A stretch of DNA of 64,000 nucleotides from Octopus bimaculoides (lineage: Eukaryota): positions 53,908,010 to 53,972,009 of the forward strand of contig NC_068991.1 of assembly GCF_001194135.2 (NCBI RefSeq). Direction: 5' to 3'. The position numbers and the translations under genes are program-made. Shown here in pieces: positions 49,130 through 63,000 of the stretch (positions are counted from its first letter, which is position 1; each line of letters opens with the position of its first letter). The notes under the pieces are model-generated. The model ran no database searches, had not been told where the DNA came from, and was given only the letters and a program-made list of their open reading frames with translations.

Positions 49130-49185
49130 GGTTACAACATATGATACAGAACAAGTGGAACAATGGAAAACTATGCCATCTATCA
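49130..49185 (+). CDS. SLC24 (NCKX3/4/5-like): NCKX cytoplasmic loop exon (short)
   Basis: ttcatag|G...A|gtaagt; 56 nt, phase 2 to 1. VTTYDTEQVEQWKTMPSI bridges the phases of the exons at 48617 and 51063. Confidence 0.82.
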
Positions 49186-50214
49186 GTAAGTTTCTCTCAT
49201 TTCTTACCAATTCCTTCAGCTTGCTTCTATAAACAAACTTTAGCCAGATTTTCAGTATCAACTTTCTATATCAATGTAAGTTTGCAACCTACCTGTATGT
49301 AACCACTCGACTACATATTTATTCTTGACAGTGGCACACACACACACACATATACACATACACACACACACATACACACACACGCGTGCGCACGCACTTA
49401 TATACATAAACACACTCATACATGCATATGTACATAAACATGAACTCATTCAAAACATGACTTTCACTATATGATTTTTGTCAATGCAAGGCTACCACCA
49501 GTTACCTTGGAAACTACAAAAACTGTAAGAGTTTTCAGAGGGTCTATTTGAAGAAAAAAAAAGGAAAATCAGCAAAGAGGACCGTCAATATAATTTTTAC
49601 ATCTGCTATTCCTTGCAGGCATGGGTTGGACAAAATATTTTTTAGTTAGTTTTATGGCCAAAAACCCTTCCTAATACCAATCCCCTTTTTAGTTGTCTCT
49701 AACAACATACAGTGAATGGAAAGCAGACAAAATGCCTTGTGATATTTTGTTACAGCTCCTTACATTCTAAGTTCAACTCCTGTCAAGATCAATTTTGTCC
49801 TTCATCCTTAAAGGGTCAGTCAAGTACTGTGGTTCAATTTCAGTTGAACCATTCCTTCCAACCAAATTTCTGACCTTGTGCCAATGTAAGGAATTACTGC
49901 TTCTTTTTTTTATTTTTTTACTTGAGCTTCAGGATTCATAAGGCTGTCTACCTGATTTCCATGGTGTATAAATGACTATGATCACAGTCTGTTGCTGCAG
50001 AGTTGATGGTTAACAAATTCACGGGGAAGAACAAGCCATTACTTCAACTCCAGTACTTCTCTGGTATTTTATTTTATCAATCCTGAAGAGATGAAAGTCA
50101 GAAGATGACCTTGGTAGGATTTGAACTCAGAACATAGAGAGCTGGAAGAAATGCTGCTAAGCATTTTGTCTGACATGCTAATGATTCTGTTAGCTCTCTG
50201 CCTTAATTATTGTC

Positions 50215-50217
<3 letters not shown>

Positions 50218-50263
<46 letters not shown>

Positions 50264-51040
50264 TTCAAAATACAAAGACCTGGAAATAGAGGTAACTCAA
50301 ATGTGGAATCTAAAAACAGAAACAATTCCTATCATAGTAGGTGTCTTAGGTATAATAAAAAAGTATTCAGACAAATACATATAAAAAAGACCAGGACTTG
50401 CAAATATATATATAACATACAAAAAATTGCACTACTGGGCACTGCACACATCCTATGCAAAACACTTTCAATACAGTAACCATAAGAGCATCACAGCAAA
50501 CCACAGCACATACCCAAGGCACACAGAGATGCACTCGGTAGTGAAGCGAAAGCACGTTATAAAAATAAAACTACTGGGATATGCCAATACACACAGATAG
50601 AGAAATTAAGGCAAATAGACCAGATATAGTTGTCAAAGATCATGAAGTAAAAAAATGCTTTCTAATTGATGTATCAATACCAGCAGATGACAACGTTTCT
50701 CTAAAAGAAATGGAAAAACTTTCAAAATACAAAGACCTGGAAATAGAGATAACTCGAATGTGGAATCTAAAAACAGAAACAATTCCTATCATAGTATAAT
50801 AAAAAAATATTCAGACAAATACATAACAAAAATAGCAGGACTTACAAATATATATAACATACAGAAAATTGCACTACTGGGTACTGCACACATTCTACGC
50901 AAAACACTTTCAATACAGTAAACATAAGAGCACCACAGCAAACCACAGCACATACCCAAGGCGCACAGAGCTGCGCTCGGTAGTGAAGTGAAAGCACGTT
51001 ATAAAAATAAAACTACTGAACAATAATAATAATAATAATA
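50218..51040 (+). mobile_element. Two tandem 5'-truncated R4/Dong-like retrotransposon copies inside a (TAA)n tract
   Basis: (TAA)n at 50218-50263; copy 1 at 50264-50576; copy 2 at 50577-51021 encoding WDMPIHTDREIKANRPDIVVKDHEVKKCFLIDVSIPADDNVSLKEMEKLSKYKDLEIEITRMWNLKTETIPII (REL endonuclease); (AAT)n at 51022-51039. Confidence 0.88.
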
Positions 51041-51062
51041 GGTAATCTTTTTGATCTTGTAG

Positions 51063-51156
51063 ATACTGATGGAATTTTGGCAATAGTAAAATGGGTCATA
51101 GCTTACCCAATCCAGTTTGCATTATACTACACCATCCCAGATTGCAGGAAACCAAG
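51063..51156 (+). CDS. SLC24 (NCKX3/4/5-like): NCKX exon, end of loop / hydrophobic segment before the C-terminal TM cluster
   Basis: cttgtag|AT...AG|gtaagt; 94 nt, phase 1 to 2. (N)TDGILAIVKWVIAYPIQFALYYTIPDCRKP(R) matches W....P....L..T.PDC.KP. Confidence 0.95.
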
Positions 51157-51714
51157 GTAAGTACAACCATTCAAGAATTAGTCATCTTTCTTGCTTTCAT
51201 GTCTTTAAAAACAAAATTTGGCAAAACTGACACTAAGATTTCATCCATTATTTTTTTTCTCTCTTTTTTCTTTTAAAACTTGTGTGTGTGTGTGTGTGCG
51301 TGTGCGTGTGCGTGTGTGTGTGTGTGTGTGCGTGTGTGTGTGTGGGTGAACATATATATATATTTAACTATGAATTCAAAGCACTGGTAGTGTTGTAAGC
51401 ATATTTGACTGCACATGCTCAATGTATGTCATGCATGTTTATCAGTTCGCTGCCGTACAGCACTCTGGGTACAACTCTTTCATACCACTGTGTGTTAAAA
51501 CATCTGAAAGTCATAGGCAAGTGAGACAGCCCACTGCCAGTCCCATTCAGGAGTGATGGATGCTGATATTTCACCATTCAACCTTCCAGGGTCGATATAT
51601 TAAGTACCAGTTGTGTATTGGGGTCGTTCTAATCAACTAGCCCCTTCCCCAAAAATTTCAGGCCTTCTGCCTAGAGTAGAAAAGAATATTTATGAGAACA
51701 ACCTTAATTTATAA

Positions 51715-51960
51715 ATACATGCTATGTGTGAAATGCTGTAAAACATTCCTCAATGCAAAAAGGAATGTTGCATTTCTGGCAAATGTATTGAGTCCTCCTT
51801 TCTTTGTTCCTCAAAGTACATCTAGTACATCTTCGGTAACTCTTTTGTTTTATTGGCATATGATCACCTACACTCGAAATCAACTTTGAAGTCTTAGAAG
51901 GTTGTCCAAAAGATCTCATTCTCTTTTGTGGGAAATTCAACCTATCTGCCTCGGTCAAAC
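51715..51960 (-). mobile_element. piggyBac transposase C-terminal cysteine-rich domain relic
   Basis: HMPIKQKSYRRCTRCTLRNKERRTQYICQKCNIPFCIEECFTAFH matches R.C..C....R.T.Y.C..C.V.LC...CF..FH. Confidence 0.85.
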
Positions 51961-52370
51961 ATTCAGCTTCATTTATTAAGAAATTTATAAATGGTGAATT
52001 TCAGGGTGAATAACATAGCTGTTATAAGCAGCTGTCAACAGAAGCCTGAAAAACACTTTAGTCCACCATTTCCTACTTTTTTGATCCAGTTCATACAGCA
52101 TTACCATTTGATCAGAGCAGTCTACTCCACCCATATATTTGTTATAAAAGATAATCGCTTCTGGATAAGTGAACTCTTTCTTTTTTCCATCCTACTTCTT
52201 GTGCTGTAACCCTGATTTGTCCCATCTCAAGCTATTTTAAATGAAGAAAATTCACTTTAGTATTAAAATACTTTTCTTGGGATACATATGTTCCATAAGG
52301 AGCAAATAGGTTAAGCAACTGTCCTCATTTATATGCATCATGTGACCGAATCAGCAGTCTTCTCTTTTGC

Positions 52371-52471
<101 letters not shown>

Positions 52472-53785
52472 CAAAAAAGAACAAAAGTCCAAAGGACACT
52501 CACTGTTAATATCATTAGGTTGAGACTCAAGAAGATAAAAAATGTTATAGAATTGTACAAAAAAGAACGCTGCAATCTATTGAGATTTTGATAAACAAAA
52601 TTTTATTCTTTTCATACACAAAAAATGAATGTTATTACTACAAATCACAAAACATCAAGAGAGATTTTGTTCTTGGTGTAGTTGTAGCAGCAGATAAAGT
52701 GTTGTTAGTTGCTTGCCAGCTACTGACTTCTAATATTGTTCATCTTCCTACTGTTCATTACCTTTGTGCTGTCAGCTGCTGTCTACCATCTCTGTTGGTC
52801 AACTCCTACAGTGTCTGTCAATGTTCTCTCTGCTGCATCCCAAAGCTTTCTGCCTAGTAGTCACAGTGTAATGAATTTATACTGTTTGATAGGTTCAGAA
52901 GGAAGCATATCAAAAGAAAAAAAATCATCACTGGAGCCTATTCAATGTGATGTTGTGATTGATCAGATTTTTGTTTAGCATCTTCGCAATATTCTTACAA
53001 ATTGTTACATTGGGCGATTGCTGAATATTTCCACTACAGAATAAAAGCATAATGTGTCAGACATATCCTTTCTCGGTGAGTAGAGGAAAGTCTAGGAGAG
53101 ACTGGGAAGAGAAGAAAGAGAGGAAAACAGCTAAGAGAAAAGAGCTAGGGAAAAAGCACATAGAATTGGTTTACATGTTTAACCTGTGACTAACTAGAAG
53201 TGTGAGAGCTAATTGTGATTTTAATAATCACAGCGTGAGCCTTTTTGAAACTAGGTTATAATTCCAGTATAATTCCTTTACAGTTCTTTTTCATGCAGCC
53301 ATTTTCTGTTTCTTGGGTCACAATGGGTATCTATCTATCTATCTATCTATGGTGATGTAGTTAAAAAGCTCACTTTGCAACCAGATGATTTCTGGTTCAA
53401 TCTCATTACATGGCAGTTTGGGCAGGTGTCTTCTGCTATAGTCCCAGACCAACCAATACCTTGTTAGTGAATTTGTTTTAAGGAAACTGTGTGGAATCCC
53501 ATCATGTATGTGTGTGTGTGTGTGTGTGAATGCAAGTGTGTGTGTGTGTATATAGATAGATAAATGTTTGTCTTTGTAGTTGCTCCCCACCCCACTGCTT
53601 GTTTACATCCCTGTAACTTAGCAGTTTGGTAAAAGATACCAATAGAATATATATACCAGATTTACAGTAATGTACAGGGGTTGATTTATTTGGCTAAACC
53701 CTACAAAGTGGTGCTCCAGTATGATCGCAGTCCAATGACTCAAACCAATAAAATACATTAAGATTTATGGATTCCAACTTAGATG

Positions 53786-53818
<33 letters not shown>

Positions 53819-54070
53819 ACCTTATATATACATATACATATACACACTCTCATATATGTACATATACACACACTCATGCACACACTTGTGCACACACACA
53901 TGAACACACTTGCATGCACACACTCTTGTGCACATTCATACTCGCTCACACACTCTCACTTACTCACGCACATGGTCTCTCACACACATATAGTCATACA
54001 GTCACATACATATACACAGTCTCACACACACACAGTCACACACATACATACTTACGCACACACACTTACT

Positions 54071-54119
<49 letters not shown>

Positions 54120-55620
54120 NNNNNNNNNNACACACACACACATTCAGTTTTTATAGGAAAGTTTCGAAGTTGAAATTATTCATGCTCTTTATTTAAAAAT
54201 GGGCAAGAATTAATAATTGTCAAGTTTGCTGAGAAAAAAGTTGCCAATATTCTTCCATTTATGTAGATTCTCGATAGAGTCAAATATCAACCCTTTCATG
54301 TCCTATTCCTCACTCTAGCTATTTATCTTCCTTCTTGTACTTGTAAAATACATTTAGATCTGTTACTTCTTTCTTCCACTGGAGTTACGTATTGATTATC
54401 TCTTGATGGATTGATCTGATCTTGAAAAATCAAGCAAAATATGGCATAAGTTATGAAATAAATAAATATTCTTTTCTTTTTCTTCATCTTGTATTTATGT
54501 AAAATGTTACACAAGCAATGTCTTTGAAATCAATATGAATAAATATTTATCTTTGATTTATGTTCTAGCAACAAAATGAATAAATAAATATATAAATAAA
54601 ATGAAGTCTGGGCAATGAATTTCGAAGTATTTCACCTAAAGAAAGAATATTTGCTCACAGCATTGTAGATGCACAATGGAAGACAAATTTGATATTATAG
54701 TCCTGAATGCTTGTGATATGCAGGGTAAAAAGTGCAATTCATCCACCTTGCAGGTTCTCTTGTAGTGGCAATCCTTTCCAGCCAGGTTATATCAGTAGGA
54801 GCCCTACCCACTTAACCTCTGGCAAGAATCTAATGGCAAATTTTCTCAATTCACGGGGTCATACATGTCCATCCTGTACAACAGCCCCAAGTTGAAAGAG
54901 GCCCAAAGGTGAAACAGCCCCAAGGTGAAAGAGTCCTGCATTTGCTCACAAAACTTCCTCTTACTGCTGGCCATCGTTCACTCACCCCCAGCTCGAAGGT
55001 GAGCAGATGATGGCAAGGGGACGAGTAGCCAACTGTCAGAAGGTGAACAGTCCATGGACAGAGACTGAAGGGATGGAGGCTGGAAGGTGAGAGGATGATG
55101 GCCAGAGGATAAGGAGACAGTGGACAGTGGTTGGAGAGTGAGCGATGGTGGCCAGAGGGTAAGGGAATAGTAGCTGGAGGATGAGGGGTCTGTAGCTGAA
55201 GGATGAAGGTGACAGTGCCTAGAGAATGAGGGGACAGTGGCCGGAGGGTAAGGAGGCAGTATCTGGTAGTATTGATAGTGAGTGCAGTTGGATATCACTG
55301 CTACATGAGCTTCTTGTTTTTGTGTGCATGAAGTGTAGCTGTGTTTAAGGTATTGATGTATAGATGCTGATGCTTTCAATAACAATGTGCTCTTTATTTT
55401 GTACTTTAAAATATGAAGATTTGCCAATATTTTCATTGAATTATATTTCAGTTATGTGAGGTATTTACAGCACATCTTTTAACTGAGCTACTTTCATTGC
55501 CCAGGCAGGGTTCTATATTTTAGTGTTGCCTTTAGTTTCTCTGGAAACTTCACTTTTATCATCAAATTGCTAACTTATTTTGTTAAAATTATGTAAAGTG
55601 TCCAGGTTTAGGATTTTTAA

Positions 55621-55839
55621 CCCTTTAGCATTCAGAATACTCTCTCAAATGCAATGCTAATTCATTCACATTATTTTGAATTAATCACACATTATCTTGT
55701 AGTGAAGAAATGTTCATGTTGTGATTACTTACGTTTAGAATGACATTGTAGGATAGTGTGAGAGACTAGATCTGGTCAGTTTTAACATAAAACTAGTAGA
55801 ATATTTAAGCTGGATATAGCCGGTCTGAATGCTAAAAGG
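55621..55839. mobile_element. piggyBac-type MITE, intact ends
   Basis: TTAA|CCCTTTAGCATTCAGA...TCTGAATGCTAAAAGG|TTAA: terminal inverted repeats with a TTAA target duplication. Confidence 0.92.
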
Positions 55840-56554
55840 TTAATTTAATAGAGTTGATTAGTTGATTGATTTCAGTATCATTGTTAAAATGACTCTATTG
55901 TGATTATTGTAGCTGGTAAATGTTATTTTTTTTTTTTGCCATTGAAATTTGAAATATACATATTACTGTTCCATTAAGGTAAGATCAACAAAAGACAATT
56001 ACTCCCCCAGTGAGAGATAAATACCGTTTAATGTATACAGTATTAAAATAAGAGCTACTAATGGTTTCTTAGGTTTTGTAACATGCCTTGTTTCTCCAAA
56101 CAATCCCTCCCTCTCTCTCTCTCTCGCAAATATTTATTTGAGAGAGAGAGCAAGTATATAAACAGGCAGTCATCAGGTATCAAATCAATTTATAACATAT
56201 TTATATAACAGAAATATGCGTGTGTGTGTGTGTGTGTGCGCACGCGTGCATTAGGAAACCATGAAAAATCTAAAATGTGAAACATTGACAATGATAGGTA
56301 CACTCCAGGATGAGAAAAGAAGTCCATAGTGTTGATAGGACTTAAATAGGTATGTATACCAATGGTGTCACTGGTGAGAAAGTGTGCAACTGATAGAAAA
56401 GAAGTGTGTAGGTAGTACTTTACAGCTGCTTCTAAAATAGTTGAATATTAGGTGCATATTTTGTGCAGCACAAGCAGTTATGTGCAATTATCCTATTGTC
56501 AAGTACTGATTCAGCTTGAGCACTCACTGTGTGTACCTCAGAGAAATAGATTAT

Positions 56555-56596
<42 letters not shown>

Positions 56597-57225
56597 ATGA
56601 TCAACCAGATTTTAGGATGTTGTTATACATTGCTGATCACAATGCACCTTGCATCATTTTATCTTTCGAATGTTGCCAACCCACTGGGTAGGTGAGCAGG
56701 CCAACATTACCCCTGATCAGAAGGCTAGTCCATTGCAGGGTTACCCAGGGGCTGGAGCAATATTAAATGAAGTGTTTTGCTCAAGAGCACAACATGCTCC
56801 TCAATCCAGGAATCCAACCCACAGTCTAGCAATTGTGAGAGCAATATTCCAACCACTAAGCCATGCACCTTCACATAATAATGCATAAATAATCTGAGGA
56901 AAATTCAGGGGACTGGTTTCTATGAACTTGTGGTGGATGGGGGTATATTATATACACTTTTAATTCATTTGGTCTGGTCAGGTAGAATGGGCTGTATCCC
57001 TGACTTTTTCAGGATTCATTCTCTGAGCCAGGAGCAATCAATATAGCCATTGTTCTAGAATATTTAGCAGGGACATACTGCATCATTTGTTGTGTTCTGT
57101 ATGCAATAATAAAGCATCATGGGTATTTAAAATACCCCTGTTACACTCTCTGGAAAATGTGTTTATGTATGTGTACATGTATTTGAACATATGTGTGTAC
57201 CTTCAGAAAATGTTTACACGTTAAA

Positions 57226-57445
57226 CCCTTTAGCATTTAAACTGGCCATATCTGGCCAAAATATTCTTCCTGTCTTATGTTCAAACTAACCAGATTTGGC
57301 CTCTCACACCTACCCTGTGATGTCATTCTAATAATGATCAATTGCATCATCAAAACCTTAAAGCTACATGATAATGCATGATTAATTCAAAGCAATGTGA
57401 ATAAACAAGCATTATACTTGACAGAGTAACCTGAATTCTAAAAGG
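57226..57445. mobile_element. piggyBac-type MITE, opposite orientation to 55621
   Basis: ccctttagcattt...ctgaattctaaaagg|ttaa; the body is the reverse complement of 55621-55839. Confidence 0.88.
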
Positions 57446-57804
57446 TTAAGGATCTATTTTGTCTGGAAGTTAAGACAATTACATGAAGATTAGCAGAAAG
57501 ACCAACCTCATTGCTATATAGTATTCACACATTTAACATTAAACAGAGAGGGAGACATAATTCATTCCCCAAACACTTTAAATTCTTAATTTTATGCATC
57601 ATGTCATTGCGTGTGAGAAATTGACATGCAATGAAATATTTCATTGGCACAAAAATAAGACCTCCATTTATAATGCCAGTTTACATTCACACATCCAGAG
57701 GAAAGGATATGCTAAGTTCCAAACATGTAGAACATACTTTGATAACAGCATGCAGTGTGTGCGTGTGTGTATACACACACACACACACACACACATATAC
57801 AAAT

Positions 57805-57835
<31 letters not shown>

Positions 57836-57848
57836 TATATATACAAAT

Positions 57849-57913
<65 letters not shown>

Positions 57914-58499
57914 ATACCACATTTATACAGAAATTAGCAGATTATCAGACCATATTTAATTTAAGCTTTTTTTTTTTAACCCAACCGTTACAAGTTATTA
58001 TTTATAGCTCTATCTACTTCGAGTTCCACTATTAAAAATGATTAATATCATGTCTCTCAAAGTTTCTAAATTCTTATGATGTCAACAACATACAATTCTT
58101 GCTGGTAAGAACAAAGCTTCTAAAATCAAGTGAGAAATTTGAAGGAATGTTTTGGCACAATAGTAGAACATCTGTCACGTTAACAGAAAATCCAGGTTAA
58201 AATCTCACTGACAGCCTTTGGCTTATTCTATCCAAAGACTTTTCCAATCCAGTATTTGCATTCTATTACTTATAGCTTTGTCTGCTTTGTGTTTCACCAT
58301 TACAAACATTTTTTTTTTCTTTTTGAATAATAAATCATATAATTTTATTAGAACATTTAAATACAAAGTAACAGGAAAGGAGAGAGAAAAGAGAAGAAAG
58401 AAAAAGAAAAAAATAGTGGGGAGTAAAGCAGTGGAAGGTGGAGGAGAGGGGGTAACGGGGCACATACCCAAGAAAAAATGGTGTCCTCAGCCATGCCCC

Positions 58500-58850
58500 A
58501 CAGTAATATCCATGATGGCGTTGCTGTGGGGAATGGTCAGCAACACCCACTGCAGCAGCCACTCCACCTTGTGGGGCTCATTTCTTCAATGGGCTGCTGC
58601 TATCCCTTTTCATGGAGGAAATTGGTTATGGGGTCCTAGAACATCTGACATCTTCATGGTGACTGGCACAAACTGACAGTGCCAGCCAGGCCCCTGTATT
58701 TATTGATTTTTCTCGCCCCTGCATTACAAGTGGCGACACCTGGATTTGCAGCCAATATTATCAGGCTGTAGCCAGAGAATGTGTTATTGCACATTGCGTC
58801 CCAGACTAGAGATCTGCCTCCCTTGAACAGAAAGGTTATTCTATTGGGGT
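58500..58850 (-). mobile_element. CRE-like REL-endonuclease retrotransposon C-terminal remnant
   Basis: Minus strand GRSLVWDAMCNNTFSGY...ARKINKYRGL, then after a frameshift QFVPVTMKMSDVLGP...EWLLQ...HSNA. Resembles G..LVWD.T..DT.A...K..KY..L...FVP...ET.G..GP...WL.QR....RGNA. Confidence 0.65.
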
Positions 58851-59997
58851 GCTTACTATACTGTGTAATGTTTATAATATGTGACATTTTACTACATTTT
58901 GATCAAATGTGAAACAATATATCTTGTAAAGGTGCATGGCTCAGTGGTTAGAGCATCAAGCTCACAATCATGAGATGGTGAGTTAAATTCCCAGATCAGG
59001 CTGTGTGTTGTGTTCTTGAGCAAGACACTTTATTTCATGTTATTCCAGTTCGATCAACTGTAGAAATGAGTGACAATATCACTGATACCAAGCTGTATTG
59101 GCCTTTGCCTTTCCCTTGGATAACAGGGGAGACCAGTATGCAGGGGTGACAGCTGGTCTTCCATAAACAACCTTGCCCAGACTTGTGCCTCAGAGAGTAA
59201 CTTTCTAGGTGCAATCCCATGGTCATTCATAACCAAAAGGGGTCTTTACCCATTTTATATCTTGACATTAAAAAATGTCTTATTATATTCTTTAATTCTT
59301 TTACTTGTTTCAGTCATTTGACTGCAGCCATGCTGGAACACCACCTTCAGTCAAACAAATTGACCCCCTCAACCTATTCTTTGTAAGCCTAGCACTTATT
59401 CTATCGGTCTCTTTTTGCCAAACTGCTAAGTTACAGGGACATAAACAGACCAACATCGGTTGTCAAGCGGTGGTGGTGGGGACAAACACAGACACAAATA
59501 ACAAACACATACACACATATATATATACATATATATATATATATACAATGGGCTTCTTTCAGTTTCAGTCTACCAGATCCACTTACAAGGCTTTGGTCAG
59601 CCCAAGGCTATAGTAGAAGACACTTACTCAAGGTGTCATGCAGGGGGACTGAACCTGGAACCATGTGGTTGGAAAGCAAGCTTCTTACCACACAGCCACT
59701 CCTGCAATATTAATACCTCATCAGATGTATCTTCCAAATACTCAACAGATGAAAAAAAATATATATCAATGAGAATTTATCAATTCCTCACACAAACCTT
59801 TGCAGCACACTTAGCAAAGCAAAGTGAAATTGTGCTGCTATGCACATGCATTGCATATTAAACTCAAGCTGATAGATTTATAAGGAACAATGGAGAAAAC
59901 AAAGAATTATAAATAGAGATTTTGGAAAATTTTGAATTTATGCCTGTTTATTTTTCATATTAACATTTGTTCTTTATTTTCTTTTCTTCTTTCAAAG

Positions 59998-60076
59998 GTT
60001 TCAACAATATTTTATTGCAACCTTCCTTACTTCTATACTATGGATTGCTATTTTCTCTTATCTAATGGTTTGGATG
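59998..60076 (+). CDS. SLC24 (NCKX3/4/5-like): NCKX exon, TM segment before alpha-2 (last exon visible in the window)
   Basis: ttcaaag|G...ATG|gtaagt; 79 nt, phase 2 to 0. FQQYFIATFLTSILWIAIFSYLMVWM matches F..TF..S.LWIA.FSY.MVWM. Confidence 0.97.
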
Positions 60077-63000
60077 GTAAGTCACTTATCTATTCCATGT
60101 TTTCATTTCCTTATCATGTGTGTGTATGTGTGTGTGTGTGTGTGCATATANNNNNNNNNNNNNNNNNNNNNNNNNNNNNNNNNNNNNNNNNNNNNNNNNN
60201 NNNNNNNNNNNNNNNNNNNNNNNNNNNNNNNNNNNNNNNNNNNNNNNNNNNNNNNNNNNNNNNNNNNNNNNNNTATATAAATATATATATTTTTTTATAT
60301 ATATATATATAAGGTGAACATCTTATTAATAGTAAATGCAGCTGAGGAACATGAAATTTATATATACACTAGTAAAATGTGTAATCTTTTTTCTTATCAA
60401 GTTTTTTTCAAAAATTTCCAATCTAACACCTACCCTACAGCACTTAGTTAACACTAGGTTAACCTGACCTATGAAAGTTGAGAGTCTTAGCTAATAATAT
60501 ATCATATAATATAAACTCTGCTAAACTGGTTGTCTTTGACATGGTCAGCTATTCTCTCTTTATCTTTTTCTCTCTCCCTCTTGTATTATAAGACAATCTA
60601 AAAAATGCTGTGTTCTGATTCTTGTAGCAATTAATGAATGACAGCTTCTGTTAGAATGCAGGGAAAATATTTTCACCCAGAGAGACTATTAGGCAAAAAA
60701 TAAATAGATAAATAAATAATAATAAATAAATAGAAATAAATAAAATAACAAAGTTAAAACTGTAAGGAACCTTTCTTTGTTTCTGAAAAAGCGTTTTGAG
60801 TCCACACATAAAATAAATTAGTGAAAGTCTGGACTAACTTATAGGAAAAGAAAACTTCAATACCAACTTCATCATCAACCCCTTATCCTTACTGTCACAA
60901 ATCCCAGGGTTCAAAGGGCCAATTACCCAGTCTCCATGGTATAAGTGACCAAGATTTCAATATCCCCCTTGAATAGGATGCCAGTCCATCTCAGGGTTAC
61001 ACATTTACAGCTGAATAGACTGGAACAACATGAAATGAAGTGTTTTGCTCAAGAATACAATGCACTGTCAAGTCAGGGAATTGAAACCATGACCTTGCTA
61101 TTATGAGTGCAACACCCTAACCACTAAGTCACAGGCTTTTGCCCCTTTACCATGAACTGAAGAAATAGTTAAGTGATTGCATAAAAAGAAATACATATTT
61201 GATAGATTTTATGATTAGATGCAGGAGTGGCTGTGTGGTAAGTAGCTTGCTTACCAACCACATGGTCCTGGGTTCAGTCCCACTGTGTGGCAACTTGGGC
61301 AAGTGTCTTCTACTATAGCCTGGGGCCAACCAAAGCCTTGTGAGTGGATCTGGTAGACAGAAACTGGAAGAAGCCCGTCGTATATGTATATATACATATA
61401 TGTATGTATGTGTATATGTTTGTGTGCTGGTGTGTTTACGTCCCCCTAACTTTGTGGTTCAGCAAAAGAGACCAATAGAATAAGCTCTGGGGTCAATCTG
61501 CTCGACTAAAGGCAGTGCTCCAGCATGGCTGCAGTCAAATGACTGAAACAAGTAAAAGAGTGAAAGAATATAAAATGGACAAAAAGACTCCAAAACAAAA
61601 AAAGTGGTCTCTATCTGAAGGAAGAAGTTGAACTGTATTTTGGAAACTAGTTAATTTTCTTCAGTTCTACAAAGTTACATACCACTGTGACAGGCTGTAC
61701 TGTTTCTTAAGTGGATAAATGTAAATGAAAACAGTAGCATCTCATGGGAATGCAAACTAGTTACATGATAAGTCATGTTGATCAGAACATGTGAGATAGT
61801 AGTCTGATTGGTATGAGCCGAACAGTATCACAAATTAATTATATGCATATAAAAATAGATTGGTGTGCCAAAGCATGTTGAGTGATAAGAAAATTATTGA
61901 TAAATGGTAATTGTTGATGTTTTGTTTCAAGTCAATCCTGATGAAGCAGGTCTATGATGAAGAGAATTCCAATTATAATCTCATTATCCAATATGCCCTT
62001 ATCAACATAATCTATTTCTTTTGCTGAGAATTATCAATATTTGTAAAATGCTATTATATTATTATACTTGGGGATGGTCATATTTTGCCAATAAAACACA
62101 CACACTACATATTTGGTCTTTACTTCAACTTTATCATTATTAATAACAAAGCTGAAGTGAATGTATAGTGCATGTCTTTAATTGGCAAAATACAACCATC
62201 TCCAAGTATAACAATATCTGTTTCAACAAATGATTTCACATCAAGAATCTTACAAGACAAATATATATAAACGTAATGAAATGTTATTATTTTGTGTTTT
62301 ACTTTTTCTACTCATTTCTTTCTTGTATAATCTATATATAACTCTATAACTCCAAATAATGATAGTGCAAGCAAAAGATATAAACAACTGTAGTGAATAG
62401 AATAATGATAATAACAATTATGAAAATGAAAATGAAAATGTTAATGATTTTAGCAAAAACAAGAGCACTCAGAGGGCACAAGCCTCCACTAAGACACCAC
62501 CAACATCCTCTCAATGATTAGTTGGAGATGATCTTTAAAATAAGAATACCTGAAATAAACTCAATTGCTCCCACAAGGGATAAAATAATAGATAGAATAA
62601 ACATCAGGCTTACAGGAAATAAGTCCAGGGGTCAATTTCCTCAACTAAAGGGTGGTGCTTCAGCATGGCCACCGTCAAATGACTGAAACACGTAAAAGAA
62701 TAAAAGAATACCAGCAAAAAGTTCCATACCACTAAACCAAAAAGGTTCTTTGAATATGTGTGATGTATTTTAAGGTTAAATAGTAATTCCTTTTACATTT
62801 GTGTAACTGAGATATTTTGGTTGGATTATATAGTCATTGGTGTTACATTACTTTCTATATTCTGTAACAGTTACAAAATACTTTTCTAGGCCTGAAATTT
62901 TTGTGGAGAGAGGGTCAGTTGATTAAATCGACCCCAGTACACAACTAGCACTTAATTTATTGACCCCGAAAGGACAAAAGGCAAAGCCAATCTTGGCAGA

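Noticed and set aside
56290-56510. Possible piggyBac core fragment (MIGTLQDEKRSP...IILLSST)
   Set aside because: The motif match is too short and degenerate to call by eye.
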